The notes below the pieces were generated by a model. The model did no database searches, was not told where the DNA came from, and worked only from the letters and a program-made list of their open reading frames with translations. From assembly GCF_023055435.1 (NCBI RefSeq), contig NW_025963846.1:7502001-7566000 (forward strand): a stretch of DNA of 64,000 nucleotides, read 5' to 3'. A program made the translations under genes and the position numbers. Of the stretch, positions 23,481 through 36,905 are shown piece after piece (within the stretch, counting starts at the first letter, position 1; each line of letters begins with the position of its first letter). The stretch comes from Haliotis rufescens. Lineage: Eukaryota.

Positions 23481-25375
23481 ATGGGGGGATAATCGACCCC
23501 CGTTCACATCACAATATTAGCGTCATGAGTACAAGGTGAGGTCCCCGTACGTGGCCGGACACTGATGTTTATATGAATACGTAGCAGTCGCAATAAGTAA
23601 CAAGCATCTTCAGTTACAAATGTCCAGAATCTTGTCACGGTCAAATGTCTTGTAACAAGTTTGTCTACACTCTTGAATTTTGAATGAATGGTTTTGGAAG
23701 CTGGCAGGAATTAGGTGTTTTCAAATGGGCAACCAATCCACACTTGACAGACAGATGGGACGCAAGTCACGTGGCAAAAGGCCCTGGATCGTCTTTTTCT
23801 GGTTGCAGCCAAACTTCCTGAAAATTTCCAGTTCCGAACCTTCCCGAACGAACACGCCTGTCATGTTTAGAAACAACATAGACTGATACTTCTAAAATAT
23901 TCACTGTCGACCACTGGCGATAAAATCTGGCCACACTACTCAACATTTCACTAGAACTTCAATCACTTACTGCCACTGACAATTACTAGAAATACATCAT
24001 TTTCAACAGTCTTTACTGACACATCGCAATAACACATATTCCACATCCGGCTTGACCACACTAAAGACTGGCTCCCATTAACGTAGTCGGGAGGCGTGTA
24101 AACAAATTTGAAATATCTTCCGTCCTGTAGACGCTCCTCAGCCATAATCTACATCTTGTAGTTTCTAAACGGGTATTACCACACGAATAGTTTACTTGTT
24201 CGGTTGTACACAGTCAGGTGTGCGTTTTAATGGTGAAATTACTTTACCTATTTCATGTTTTCACATTATAACATGTATAATTTGAACCTTCATACCATCT
24301 TAATATCTATAACCTTAAAATCAAACCTATACTCTAATCAGACATCTGTCCCTGCGGGAAGCTCTGAGGGCACCGCCGTATGAGGTCGCATCAGGGCAAC
24401 TTTCCATTCAACCAGTCAGCGTCAGGCTTCTAATGTCTCATTAGCAGTCAGCGAAGCATTCAAACAAGCATATTTGATTCCCTTATCTCGGAAAGTAGAA
24501 AACACGGGGAGTTCCAAATGCAAAATAATAAAGCCGCGCTATTTTATAAAATATAATTTTAATTTTGATATAGTTGTGATACCGCTCACTTCATACATCT
24601 CTTTTATTTTACTTCGGGGTCTCGATTCCAAATTGATTTGTGATCAGAATTATGACACATAAGACACATGTTAGAGCAATTGCAATGACAATCACCTCGC
24701 ATCACTTGATATTACGGCCGCGAAGCATTCATTCATGTCCCGTCCTTTCCTGTGCGCGACGGTTCATCGCTTCAACCATTATAAGCCACCACAGGTCCCT
24801 CTGTCGCCTTAGCCCAGTCATTAATTACCACGTGTGTTTTTTTCATTTAGAACTTATGTCACTCGCGGGATGGGATAGACTCAAAGTGTATTAAGCTGTT
24901 GCAACGATGACGGTCGTGGAGTGTGACAATTCCGTTCTACCTTCTTCCCCAGAGAATCTTGAAGAGCCTCCTAATCTCTGAAGCAGCTTTAAGTGGACAT
25001 TTAGGTGGCACAGAGTCTGTTAAAATGGAATACATGCACTAAACCCGTTCTAAAGCGTGTATTTAATTGCGCTGTAGGTTCGCTCTTATGGGTGTTAGTG
25101 AGCATCTATGTGTTACTAAATTGGGATATTCAGAGTGAGCATGGGAATATCTCAGAGTGCTTATTGATTTCATGCTTACAGCAAGTGGGAAAGTAGTTGA
25201 TGGTTAGTGCTGTTTTTCACCTTTCTTTCACTCAAATCACAATGTTCAAGTTTAATATAGGAAGGAGGTCAAATATTGATGCAGCAAGGATCATATATGT
25301 ATTTGACTAGGGCCCATTCGAACTCATTTTTCGTTTGCAGAAGAGTCTGCTTGAAGAACAGATATTTGGAAAGTT

Positions 25376-25514
25376 AATGATAATAATAATAATAATAATA
25401 ATAATATCATCATCATTTTTATTGTTATTACTAGTAGTAGTGGTATCATTGTTGTTGTTATTATTATTATTAGTAGTAGTAGTAGTAGTAGTATTAATAA
25501 TAATAATAATAATA
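25376..25514. repeat. Compound (TAA)n/(TAT)n/(TAG)n microsatellite
   Basis: Direct reading. Confidence 0.95.
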
Positions 25515-26580
25515 CGGAAAAAGGTATTTTATGGATCAAATTCTAGTTCAGATCCTTGAAGAGACTAAAAACGTACCACCATAACCTCTCAATGTGTTGG
25601 ATAGACTACAGAAAAGCTTATGATTCTGTACCTCACGAATGGATTTTGAAGTCACTGGAATGTATTTGACCCCCGAGCTTCTACTTAATTTACTCAAGTC
25701 TTTAATGAATTGAGTAATTTAATCAAATTGAGATGTATTCGCAGGGGCAGGTGGTGACTTCGGAAACCATTTCTATTAGAAGAGGAATATTTCAGGGAGA
25801 TTCTTTTAGTCCTTTGCTTTCTGTTTGTCACTAAATCCTTTAAGGTTTTGGCTTAGCAAAGAGGAATGTTATCACCTCGGACCTCCTCAGCACGGATCCC
25901 AACACCCCTTATTCAACTCCTTTTTAAAGGATGACATTGAACTTATTGAGGAGAAGAGGGAGGATCAGTCAGTTTACTTGGGGATGGGGTGGGGTGGAGG
26001 GAATTAATGACCATATCGGGGAAGGTCAAGCCTATATACGAGTACGTACTTAATGATGCAGGTTGGAAACAAACTCCACAATGTCCATATCAAGGAAAAA
26101 CAAGGAGTACAAATGTAGACTTTTAGAAAATCTGGAGTTCAGAGCCGGACGCTCTCAAAAAAAGTCTATGACACAAATACTCATGCTGTACCCGTCCGTT
26201 CGTATTCTTTTGGTGTTGTTGGACAAAACACAAAATTCAGGGTATTGACATCCTCACACGAAGAATCATGTCAGACAATAGATCCCACCACCCTCGCTCT
26301 GTCCTCAATCGGTTATATTCACCAATCATTATGGGAGGGCGTGGTTTGATTAACACTGGGGTTCTTTATGATAGAATTGTTTTGTGCACTTTTACACACA
26401 TTTATTTGTCTGATGATCCTCTTGTAAAGCATGTCAAGACTCACGATGAAAACAAGGCCATCCGCAGTGCTCGTAAACGAGCCAAGTATGTGGTACATAA
26501 TCGCAATGTCAATGTTGATTTTGGTAATGGTTCTGCACTGTTGGACGGCACAGAAATGAGTGTCAGCCAAACGAAGTGCG
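25515..26580 (+). mobile_element. R4/Dong-clade non-LTR retrotransposon RT fragment
   Basis: NLSMCWIDYRKAYDSVPHEWI, ISIRRGIFQGDSFSPL, HHPRSVLNRLYSPIIMGGRGL. Confidence 0.8.
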
Positions 26581-27441
26581 CAGCCCCGAGTGGTTTATTC
26601 TCCCTGTAGTGTTTTACTGTACGATAAACAACAACCACGAGTCGTATATTTCTTATATGGGCTATCAACATTATGTAGCCTCTTTAAGGATGATGATAAA
26701 ATGTACAAGTTTTAAAATGTATTTACCCGTATTTGAATGAGGACTCCTTCAACAGAATCAAACCACGGCAATGTCAGACAAGCAGATTTTATGCACATGT
26801 GGGAATTTCTCGCATATTCTCACAACCCTTATGTTGATAACCTGTACCTTTTTTTCCCAATTGTTATATCTCTCCCGCTTTTGGATGCGATCGTTCGGCC
26901 ATCGCGTTAATCTGCGTTGCCCAGCTGCACCGACGGGGGACAACTCACTGGACACTCCCTTCTCAAAAATAACGTCATCAAGTTGCGAGCACATGTTCGA
27001 ATCTCCAGAAATGACGTCATGATAAAACAATGTTTTATCGTAGAATAAAGCACTCTCCCTTCATTGTTCTTCGCGATTTATCGCTTGGCTATCTGATATA
27101 TAATAATACAGTATATAATAATGATTAAGCTATTAAGAGTTTTGTTTTTCTGAGTTTATGTTACATTTCATGAATTTCAGGCTTGAAATAACTCACCGCA
27201 AACCCGTTTGAAAATATAAAAAGTTAAAGTGGGAATATATAGTTCCAGGTTTGTTCAATATCTGGAATAAGGTTGATCTTTACACATAGTTCTAGGTAGC
27301 AGTGATGTCTGGAGCTATATGGTTCTTGTTTCGGGGATATCTTCCATCACGTAGAATACACGCACCTTTGGTTCAGGAACATCTTGAATTATGTTTGATA
27401 TTAGTTAATTAATACTGTTGGATATTTCAATTAATTGTCAG

Positions 27442-27637
27442 GGCCTACTTGCACAAGGCGATCTTAGCGCTAAGATGATCGTAACTACCTACCTCTAACA
27501 TAGGCTTACGATAATCTTAGCGTTAAGATCGCTTTGTGCAAGCGATCCAAGCGCTAAGATGACCGGAACTCCCAAGTATAACATACATGAAAATTTTCGA
27601 TAGTCGTAGCGCTTAGAATGCTTCGTAACACAGGGCC
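27442..27637. mobile_element. Hairpin MITE, PIF/Harbinger-like (CWG-flanked)
   Basis: cag|ggcc...ggcc|ctg ends; repeated cttagcgctaagat palindromic cores. Confidence 0.6.
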
Positions 27638-28529
27638 CTGGGATGTCTGGAATTGCTTGGAATTTGTAGTTACGGGTTTAAGGAAAGTCTTGAATTATCT
27701 CATCTCTTCAGCGATGAGTTTAGCATTTCCAGAGCTGCGAGTAGTCCTGTATGAATGAATACACTCACGGTCTGATGTCCTTTTAGTCTCAAGTAATCAA
27801 CTCTCCATATATTTGCAGTGACTCATATATATTTATATCAATATTGTATTCACGGTTTTGAATTTTTATGGTTACAGGTTTTAATCAATATTAATCATCT
27901 CTATGCCTGGCCGAACTATTTGTGCTGGCACATATCATGAATCATACCTTGTGACCTGTTAACAAATGTTACAAAAGTATATTATATAACTGTTCCTAAA
28001 TGAACATGGCGCCCACACTACAGGTAACATGAAGTACAGGCTGCACGTCATATGAAGACATGACGCCGTCAGCATTAACGTAAACCAGGAGATACCTATC
28101 AACCAGTGGCACCAGCTCGTGTATCCAGCAATGCTACACCGTCCATAGCCGTTGGTGTGGGAATTATGTGGAAATTGACATTTCATGATTTATGAAATTC
28201 CATCTTGAAACTGTTGATATATTTGAATATGATATGAATTTGGATTTTTTGGTCAACACAAGTGTATTTGGCGATGCCCGAGGATACGTATCTTATCGTA
28301 CGAGGTTGTGTTCTGGTAGAGTTTGTATTTCATAGGATCGACATTCGATCCATGTTGTCGTACTTGTACACAGAAGCTAAGAGCCTTGGGATATTTCGAT
28401 GAATTTTATTAAATATATCGATCGTTTCCCGTCCTCGTAAACTGACGAGCAAAAGAAACGTTGCCAAAAAGAGAACAGGACCAATATTGAGAAAGATACT
28501 CTATCGTGAAAAGACTTCAATTAACGACA

Positions 28530-28850
28530 TCATCACCAGTTATGCTATGAAAAGCTGTAATCTGCTCTTGTCCGTGAACACGACTTTTTCCCAGTTTCTG
28601 TAATGCCAGTGTCGCATTGTTCGACCCCCAACGATAACTACGACGTCGGTGGTCCGGTCAGCGGTACGCCTGGCAGTGGTCTGTAAGCTCTGATATTAAT
28701 ATATTAAACATGGCCCAACGCGTCTTCGGGACATGGTCTAGCGACCGACATGATTGCCAATGCCAATCGCCGCTGATGACGTCACCGAGCGAAACTGATT
28801 GCTCAGATGGGGGCCATGATCCTGGTGATTCGGTCATTCGGCTACAGTCA
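28530..28850 (-). mobile_element. Highly degenerate Tc1-like transposase fragment
   Basis: Minus strand RAYRPLPGVPLT and HWHYRNWEKVVFTDKSRLQLF resemble the Tc1 W..V.FSDESRF.L region. Confidence 0.55.
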
Positions 28851-29796
28851 AAACTCCTTGCGACGTGATCCTGCTTTGCTCATTGGCGTATCAGGCCAGC
28901 AGTTTGTTCTTCCTGTTGTAGCTTTGATGTTGGCATGGTATTTGTCATTGTCCAACGGTGTGGGTGTGAATGAATAGTGCATGAATGAATGAATTATCCC
29001 GTAAATTTGTTGGTTGGCATGATGCTCATGCAGCATCATTTTCACTTCAAACTCAATTTCCATTGATCCGGGTACTGTGGCAGGTGCATTACTCGGCATA
29101 TTGTTAGGGTTGTGTCTGGGCGATTCACGTTTAACCATTTTGTAACACTATTAGGGGTTTGGACCTCCAGCGTGTGAAATTAGTTTGGTACTAACGTTTC
29201 GTAGTTTATAATCCATAGTTTCAAGGTGAAGCGAGAATGAAACGCTTACTTGTTTCAGAGGACCTTTGTATGTGTAGTGCGGAAAAACAGCGTTGCGCTA
29301 CATAGAGAGGTTATTTTTATCATGGTGATTTTACTATTTTACACACTCAAATTTAAACATTTAATACAGTGGGTAATAATCTGACATAATATCGGGTACA
29401 GTGGGCAGAGGCGACTAAGGGACTGCAATCCGATATGCAGAGATGCGTCCCTTACATGTAGGTCTGTGCCCGAAACCAATGCTCGTGGTCTCGAATCTCG
29501 GTTTGCCTCAATTATAGTTGTAGATTTGTCAACACAATGCCCGTGTTGGCTGGTTTTACCAACATTGTACACGACTTCGGTTAGGCATCAAGTTGACACA
29601 ATGTGATATAACCAACATACTGCTCAAAGCGACGTTCACCCAAACTCCCTCTTCTGTAATGTCATTGAGTGGAGGCGAGATATTTTAAAGCATTGTAAAA
29701 GACAAGGAATCACAGTAAAAGTATATGTGAAAGTCTCTTCACGAAAGATGATCTCCATTCTTGATCACGTAGATTTCAGCTGTGAGAGGTTGGTAA

Positions 29797-30060
29797 TGAG
29801 CTTGTACGATGTTCCCGTGTTTTGTCACTCAAACATTTGACTTGCCTTTGCATGTGTTTGTGACGAGTTCTACCGCTGGAAAATGAGCTTGTACCATGTT
29901 CCCGTGTTTTGTTACTCAAACATTTGACTTGCCTTTGCATGTGTTTGTGACGAGTTCTACCGCTGGGTAGCTTGGTTTCATCACTATTTGATAGTGGTTA
30001 ATAAACACATGCTCATGATACAGTCGGAATCGTACAATGGACTCTGCTTTTAGAACAGAT
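29797..30060 (-). repeat. Dispersed repeat family E with a local duplication of about 86 bp (other copies near 8690-8785, 43345-43555, 51945-52115)
   Basis: gtcacaaacacatgcaaag..aagtcaa is shared with the copies at 43345 and 51945; gatgacaccag..cctg..ggtggcac links 8690 with those two. Confidence 0.7.
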
Positions 30061-31949
30061 TTCTTGTGAAATGGCAATGGTTTTGTCGCTTCTGTTAACA
30101 TTGTCCTCGAATTACTTTTACATATGTAAACCTGCTTGCAGAGATATACTTCCAAAACGATAGACCAAACAGTTTATATTTATGGATTATCAGTGAGGCA
30201 ATACCATACGTTAATATAAACATAACTGCTTCGTCGAGCCATTTCGATTTTCTAGCAATGGTAATGAGGTAACCTTTGCTGCTTAGACAGAACCAATAAC
30301 ACTATCTGAATATTAGAAATGGATCTTGATAATGTTGACGAGTCTGAGACACTAGGTTCATTTGAAAACTACAATACACGTGAATGTCAAGCACAGTGAT
30401 ACGGAATTTGACCGTATATTATCGAGTCATAAACGAGAAAGCGTGGGAGGTGGAAGAAGGAGATATATAGCATATTTGTTTCAGATTTGGTTTTCGGAAA
30501 GTGGTCATTGCAAATGTTAAAGCACTGGCAATATAATTCAAGAGAATGATGACATACTCTTGATAAGAAAACGGTGGCAATCACAATGCATATTGATCGT
30601 TATATTTACCTATGTATACAAGTCAGGGGGTTACTTTTGCGGACACTGGTATAATGACAGAAAAACATGACACAAAAAGAAAAGTTGAGTATAACATTCA
30701 TTTAAAATTATAATAAATTCTTACTCAAATATTTATTTAAGTCATCATTGTTTGCTTTTCAACGCAGCCCTCGGCTGTATGACAACGGCCTGTAGATAAT
30801 AGAGTCTAGACCAGACAATCCATTGACTGGTATTGTGAGTAACAATCCACGCCGCCGGGGTGCCATGACATAAAATGAAGCAAGTCACCGAGACAACAAT
30901 TACCTTTGTAAAGATATAGTCAAACTTACTTCTGAATAAGAGATAAGAAAACTAATCCACATTGGAACTCATACTGTAAACATAAACTATGGACCTGATG
31001 TTCCCCGTGCCGAGACCCTCAACGACAACACGATCACGATTTGGATCGACTATGAAGCAAGGTTTCTACTTCACCAACGGAACCATCACCAGACAAACGG
31101 CCCGTGCACTGACAATAACCTTGAAAGATTCACCAAGATCAGAAGGAAGATCAAGGCTGTAGTCAAGGCGAAACTGGCATAATTCGACTGCAGCATCACC
31201 TAGCCAGAGACATGTCTACCCAGAACTAAAACATCACATCAGATGACCGAAAACGCAGTTCCAACAGGGAGAAAAGACATCAATACAGTTCCTGGATGGC
31301 TTTGGTCATCTGCTGAAACTTGAATGAGAGAGGCAATAATGTTTTATGGTACTTTATATTTATGATCAATATCAATATTTAAGATAATGTAATATAGTAT
31401 GGTGTCCAATGATGTCGTATGTCACTGTATATGTGATAATGTAATTATAACATCGTGTTGAATAGTGATGAATATCAGTATTTAAGATAATAGTCATATC
31501 TAATATGGTGTCCAATAATATGGTTTGTCGTTGTATATCAGTATATAAGATACTGTACTATAAAGCTGCTTTGAACTATCTGTTGTTGTGAAGTTCTCGC
31601 TGGGTCATTCAATTCTAAGCATGACGTTGGAGGTATGGGATTAGGCGTGCAATTATTCAGACGATAATCAGTTGTATGAATCATTCACTGCGCGGATTGA
31701 TATTGTTCTCTGTGCAAATTGGAAGTTTGCTGTAGAGTTATTGAGTCATGGATGACAAAACGTTCTATGAAAGTGAATGGGAAAAAAGAGAATTCATGAT
31801 TTTTGGACAGAAATGACATATTCCAGCACTCAGTAAATCAGATCCATCTACAGGTATCGGACAGGCTGTGATGCCACGTCTTCGGACGTTTATTAATCTT
31901 GGCGTTTTTTATTTATGAACATCTAAATTTCACAAAGCATGTGTCACAT

Positions 31950-32340
31950 ATCTACAAAACAGTTTCTCTAATAAAATACTTCACATTCGTATTATTGGCT
32001 GAATAAGAAATTATCTCAGTGAAAATCACGACTTTTGTTACATCTAGATTGAACTATTGCAACGGCCTCATAAGAAACATCAGTACAAATCAAATGACAG
32101 AGGATACAGAATACTTCAGCCAGAATAAATACCCAAACCAGAAAGTTTGACAACGTCACTCCAGTTCTAAAACGATTCTATTTCTTGTCCGTTTGATCAA
32201 CGAAGCATCAACCTATCTCTATTACCTCCTTATCCACCAACACGTTCACTACGGTCTAATTGCTCGTCTCAACAACGCAGGCTGTAACGACGTAAGGCAA
32301 AAGATCCTTCCAACATGCACCAGCTTTATTGTGAAATTTA
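31950..32340 (+). mobile_element. L2-clade LINE fragment
   Basis: FVTSRLNYCNGL and KFDNVTPVLK motifs (L2 consensus FVTSRLDYCNSL..DHITPVL). Confidence 0.7.
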
Positions 32341-32498
32341 TATAATACAAACCAACATCTCACTTCCTCAGTGTTTTTCTGTTAAATACGCATATCGTAC
32401 ATTTGTTTCATTGCAGCAACAGTGAGTGATACTGGTGAACATGTTTTTGTAAACTTATGTATGTCTGTAAAATGGTGTAATTAATTGTAAAATACCAG

Positions 32499-32586
32499 GG
32501 CCTCGTTCCATAAATCGATCATAGCGCTAAGACAATCTTAACTCACATACTTACGTAGCGATACGATAGCTTTTTGGAATTGGGCT
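32499..32586. mobile_element. Hairpin MITE, PIF/Harbinger-like
   Basis: cag|ggcctcgttcca...tggaattgggct; tagcgctaaga core. Confidence 0.5.
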
Positions 32587-33021
32587 CAAAGCGAACTTGT
32601 ACAGAGCTAAGAATCGATCTCAGACGCTTACCCTCAATTTGATTATCACTATACCTATGTCTTATTCCACTTGCACGAACCGTTCTTTGCGCGATTGTGA
32701 GACGGCTTTGTGTTAAATTCACTAACTTAGTAAAGATCGAAATCTTCAGCGATGGAGGTTCGAATATCTTAAACTTGACTCCTGTCTGCAGTTTTCTGTA
32801 AAAGCTCACAGCTGGTTGATCATACAAACAGTGTAACCAGTCATCACACAACCGATCGACCTTGCACAATTCAAAACTAGATTCCAAAATTAACTCAAGG
32901 ACAAGACTACTGGTGTTATCATTACTGTTGCTTAAACAACTGTGTCCACCGTTTGATATATTGGCATGAACACTGTCCTGATTTCGGAATTGTGAGTAAA
33001 TATGTAGCTCCAGATTCAGTG

Positions 33022-33302
33022 TTTGTTTGTTTGTTTGTTTGTTTGTTTGTTTGTTGTTTAACGCCACACTGAGCAATATTCCAGCTATATCACGGCGGTC
33101 TGTAAATAATCGAGTCTGGACCAGATAACTGGACTTGACATCACGAGCATCAATCCACGCAATTGGGATCGATGACATACATCATTTAAGTCAGCGAGTC
33201 AGACCACCCGATCCCGTTAGTCGCCTCTTACGACAAGCATAGTCGCCTTTTATGGCACGCATTGGTTGCTGAAGATCCATTCTACCCCGGATCGTCACGC
33301 GA
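33022..33302 (-). mobile_element. SINE family C, full length
   Basis: 14-bp TSD ctccagatt(c/t)agtg; (TTTG)n tail. Confidence 0.9.
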
Positions 33303-35419
33303 CTCCAGATTTAGTGACATACATATATATTTCAAATGAATAGGAGTATTTTGCCATTACATATTTACCCTTCCGTCCACTTACCAAGTAACATGGAAGT
33401 TTATGGTAGGCTGATATTGTTAGCAGGTCATTGTGGAACACACATCCATTTGAGTGAATTTCTGCAAATATTACATGTTTACCTATACCTATATCATGTA
33501 TACGTTTTGTTCTTATGATATTGTTCAATGTGTTATATTCGCTTGGTATCAATAAATCAAATTCCCTTTGCTAGATGTTACCATTCATGTCAGATACTTT
33601 ATGATGTATATTCTTGGTAAATGAATAACTTTATTTCTTCAAAATTAAGTGGGTAAATGGCTAGCCCCACTCAGGTACAAACTGCTAAAAAACGGATATG
33701 GTTATGTACTTCGTCTTACCGCTAACTGTAAAGTATTAATAAAAATGAGAAAATAAATACATAGAAGAACCAAAGGCGGAACATCTTAGGCTATCGACTA
33801 GCTTTATGGATCGCTATTGCAATTAACAACATTTATGACGTAAATCTGTGATGCGTTCTTGGTCTTGTGGAAGTATCGGTTTGATTTTCACAGTTTATCA
33901 AAATGAAAGATCAATTTTGTGAACGCAAATCAGATTTTTTATTTGAAAAAGATACCCTCTGACATGCCATTTATATCCATGCACTAATATGACCAGGACC
34001 AACTGTAAAATTCTATTATTGCTTACAGAGATTTTAGCCTACAGTCGCCTAATTGAAATTGATGGCGATTGTAGCCGAAGCCTAAGACCGCGATCTAATG
34101 TATAACTGCATACATATACAGTGATAACTGAAGCGCTAATATAGTTTTGTGCACGTGGGCCATGATACCATTGTAATAGTGTGCCCTACGCGATTCAGCT
34201 TCCTGTAGCCTAAATACACCACCAGGTGGCCAGTTTCACGAGCTAACAAGTGGATGGTGCATAGGGGTCCTCACGTGCCACATGCCACACGTTTTAGTCG
34301 AATACCTACACTGATGCCGAAGATAAACTGGTGGGTATGCTGGCATATGAGTTACAATTATACACTCTAAATTACGCCTGACTACGTTGACACGTTTCAT
34401 TGCAGAGATTTTCCCAGTTGATGGTTTGTGCTGAGGCACAAATCAGGCAATGTGCAAGACCGAAAATTGCATTGCCTGGACTGAAGCATTTATCGAAATA
34501 TCTCATTATTGTCGCTTTAATCTTTTAACTTTTATATTTACTTTAATTATTATTTTGTTTCCAGTCAGGGCGTGTTAGCTTGGGCTTGTTATATGCAATT
34601 AATCATGTCTGGACCAGAGAATCGAGTAGCTGATTTTAAGCTCAACAATCAACGCTCTCGTGGTGCGCTGTTGACCACCCGATCCATTAATGCACTTCTT
34701 ACAACCAGCACACATTGATGGACAAATCCTTACCCCAAAACCCCACGGGACGAGAATACCAATGGACTAGACGTAGTCAGAAATGATCAAAACAACACAA
34801 CATCACCTAAAAGGCGACAAATAATGACAAAAAGGTCAATAGCAATAAGCTTTATTACCAAAACAAGGTAATGTGCTATTTATTGCCCATCCATTGATTG
34901 AGGGTAATTTATTTCATCACTCTGTTATATCAGTACCCGCCTACGTATCTATGTCAGCTATGTGACACTCTCCAGGCATGCATTGTAGGTTTAGAGGATG
35001 TACCAAACACGCTGTTTATTGCAAGCCTACACACGCTCTCTGACCGCTGATGCGAAGCTATTTCTGCATCCCTGTAATACGCCTCTAACATGCAAGACAG
35101 TCGCAGTAATCAACACTACGTCGTGTACTATCTACAGCGGTTTCATTACGTGTGTTTGTTGTTGTTATCTCTCCAAAATTCCTCGTAAACAGACCACTGT
35201 TTTGTATCTATTGCTTATCATTATTATTATTATTACTGATTAAAATACAAAGTAATGGCGTTTGGATACTAGGAAACCGACTTCGAATACACGGCGCCGT
35301 ATTAGATTTGGATTTATTATTAATATTAATATTAATATTAATATTAATATTAATATTATTTTTATTATTTACAGATTAAAATAAAAAATGCAGCAAAGAT
35401 GGTTTGGGTGATTCTGGCA

Positions 35420-36905
35420 CAGTCAGTCTACCATTGCTCTGTATCAGTCTACCATTGTTCTGTATCAACCCGGGGGGCACGGGGGGCCCAGTCGTCTAAG
35501 GGGCCGAGATTCGCTGTGCAGAGTTGCGTCCCTTGGCCTCGACAGAAACCTATGATTGTGGGTTCGAATCCCGGTTCGCCCCGATTATGTTTCTAGGTTT
35601 CTCAGCACCATACCCGTGCTCATGGGTTTCACCGAAGTGGTAAACGTCTGAGACCTTTATTATTCGGGCTTTCCTCCCACATTAAGCTGACACGCCGTGA
35701 TATGCCTGGAATACTGTTAAAAACTCACTCACTCACTCACTGTATCAACCTGCCATTCCTCTGTATCGATCTGCCATTGCTCTGTATCAATCTACCATTG
35801 ATCTGTATTAATCTACCATTGCTCTGTATCATTCTACCATTGCTCTGTATCAGTCTACCATTGCTCTGTATCAAACTACCATGATTGCTCTGTAGCAATC
35901 TGCCATTGCTCTGTTTCAATCTACCATTGCTCTGTATCGATCTGCCATTGCGCTGTATCAATCGACCATTGATCTGTATCAGTCTACCATTGCTCTGTAT
36001 CAGTCTACCATTGCTCTGTATCAGTCTACCATTGTTCTGTATCAATCTATCATTGCTCTGTGTCGATCTGCCATTGCTCTGTATCAGTCTACCATTGCTC
36101 TGTATCAATCTACCATTGTTCTGTATCAATCTACCATTGCTCTGTATCAGTCTACCATTGCTCTGTAACAGTCTACCATTGCTCTGTATCAGTCTACCAT
36201 TCCTCTTTATCAGTCTACCATTGCTCTGTATCAGTCTACCTTTGTTCTGTAACAGTCTACCATTGCTCTGTATCAGTCTACCATTGCTCTGTATCAGTCT
36301 ACCATTGCTCTGTATCAGTCTACCATTGCTCTGTAACAGTCTACCATTGCTCTGCATCAATCTACCATTGCTCTGTATCAATCTACCATTGCTCTGTATC
36401 AATCTATCATTGCTCTCTATCAGTCTATCATTGCTCTCTATCAGTCTACCATTGCTCTGTGTCAGTCTACCATTGATCTGTACTAATCTGCCATTGCTCT
36501 GTATCAATCTATCATTGCTCTCTATCAGTCTATCATTGCTCTCTATCAGTCTACCATTGCTCTGTATCAATCTACCATTGCTCTGTACTAATCTGCCATT
36601 GCTCTGTATCAATCTATCATTGCTCTCTATCAGTCTATCATTGCTCTCTATCAGTCTACCATTGTTCTGTATCAGTCTACCATTGATCTGTACTAATCTG
36701 CCATTGCTCTGTATCAGCCTACCATTGCTCTGTATCAATCTTTCATTGCTCTCTATCAGTCTATCATTGCTCTCTATCAGTCTACCATTGTTCTGTATCA
36801 GTCTACCATTGATCTGTACTAATCTGCCATTGCTCTGTATCAGCCTACCATTGCTCTGTATCAATCTATCATTGCTCTGTATCAGTTTACCATTGATCTG
36901 TTATG
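35420..36905. repeat. 21-bp minisatellite (ctgtatcagtctaccattgct), about 55 units, with a SINE inserted near its left end
   Basis: Direct periodicity; generates spurious LPLLCIS / IQSNGRL repeat ORFs. Confidence 0.95.
35471..35739 (+). mobile_element. SINE family B, full length
   Basis: 11-bp TSD ctgtatcaacc (35460-35470 and 35740-35750). Confidence 0.92.

Noticed and set aside
23600-24150. Kinase-like GTGNFQEVW string on the minus strand
   Set aside because: It is an isolated short match with nearby stops and no other kinase motifs
25324-25559. Hydrophobic poly-Leu/Ile ORFs resembling membrane proteins
   Set aside because: They are translations of trinucleotide microsatellites
28770-28800. 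CTGATGA...GAAAC hammerhead core
   Set aside because: There is no pairable stem II or stem III/cleavage site, and it lies inside a Tc1 relic
32543-33178. 211-aa ORF
   Set aside because: It starts in a SINE, crosses an (AAAC)n tail and ends in a MITE; no recognisable domain
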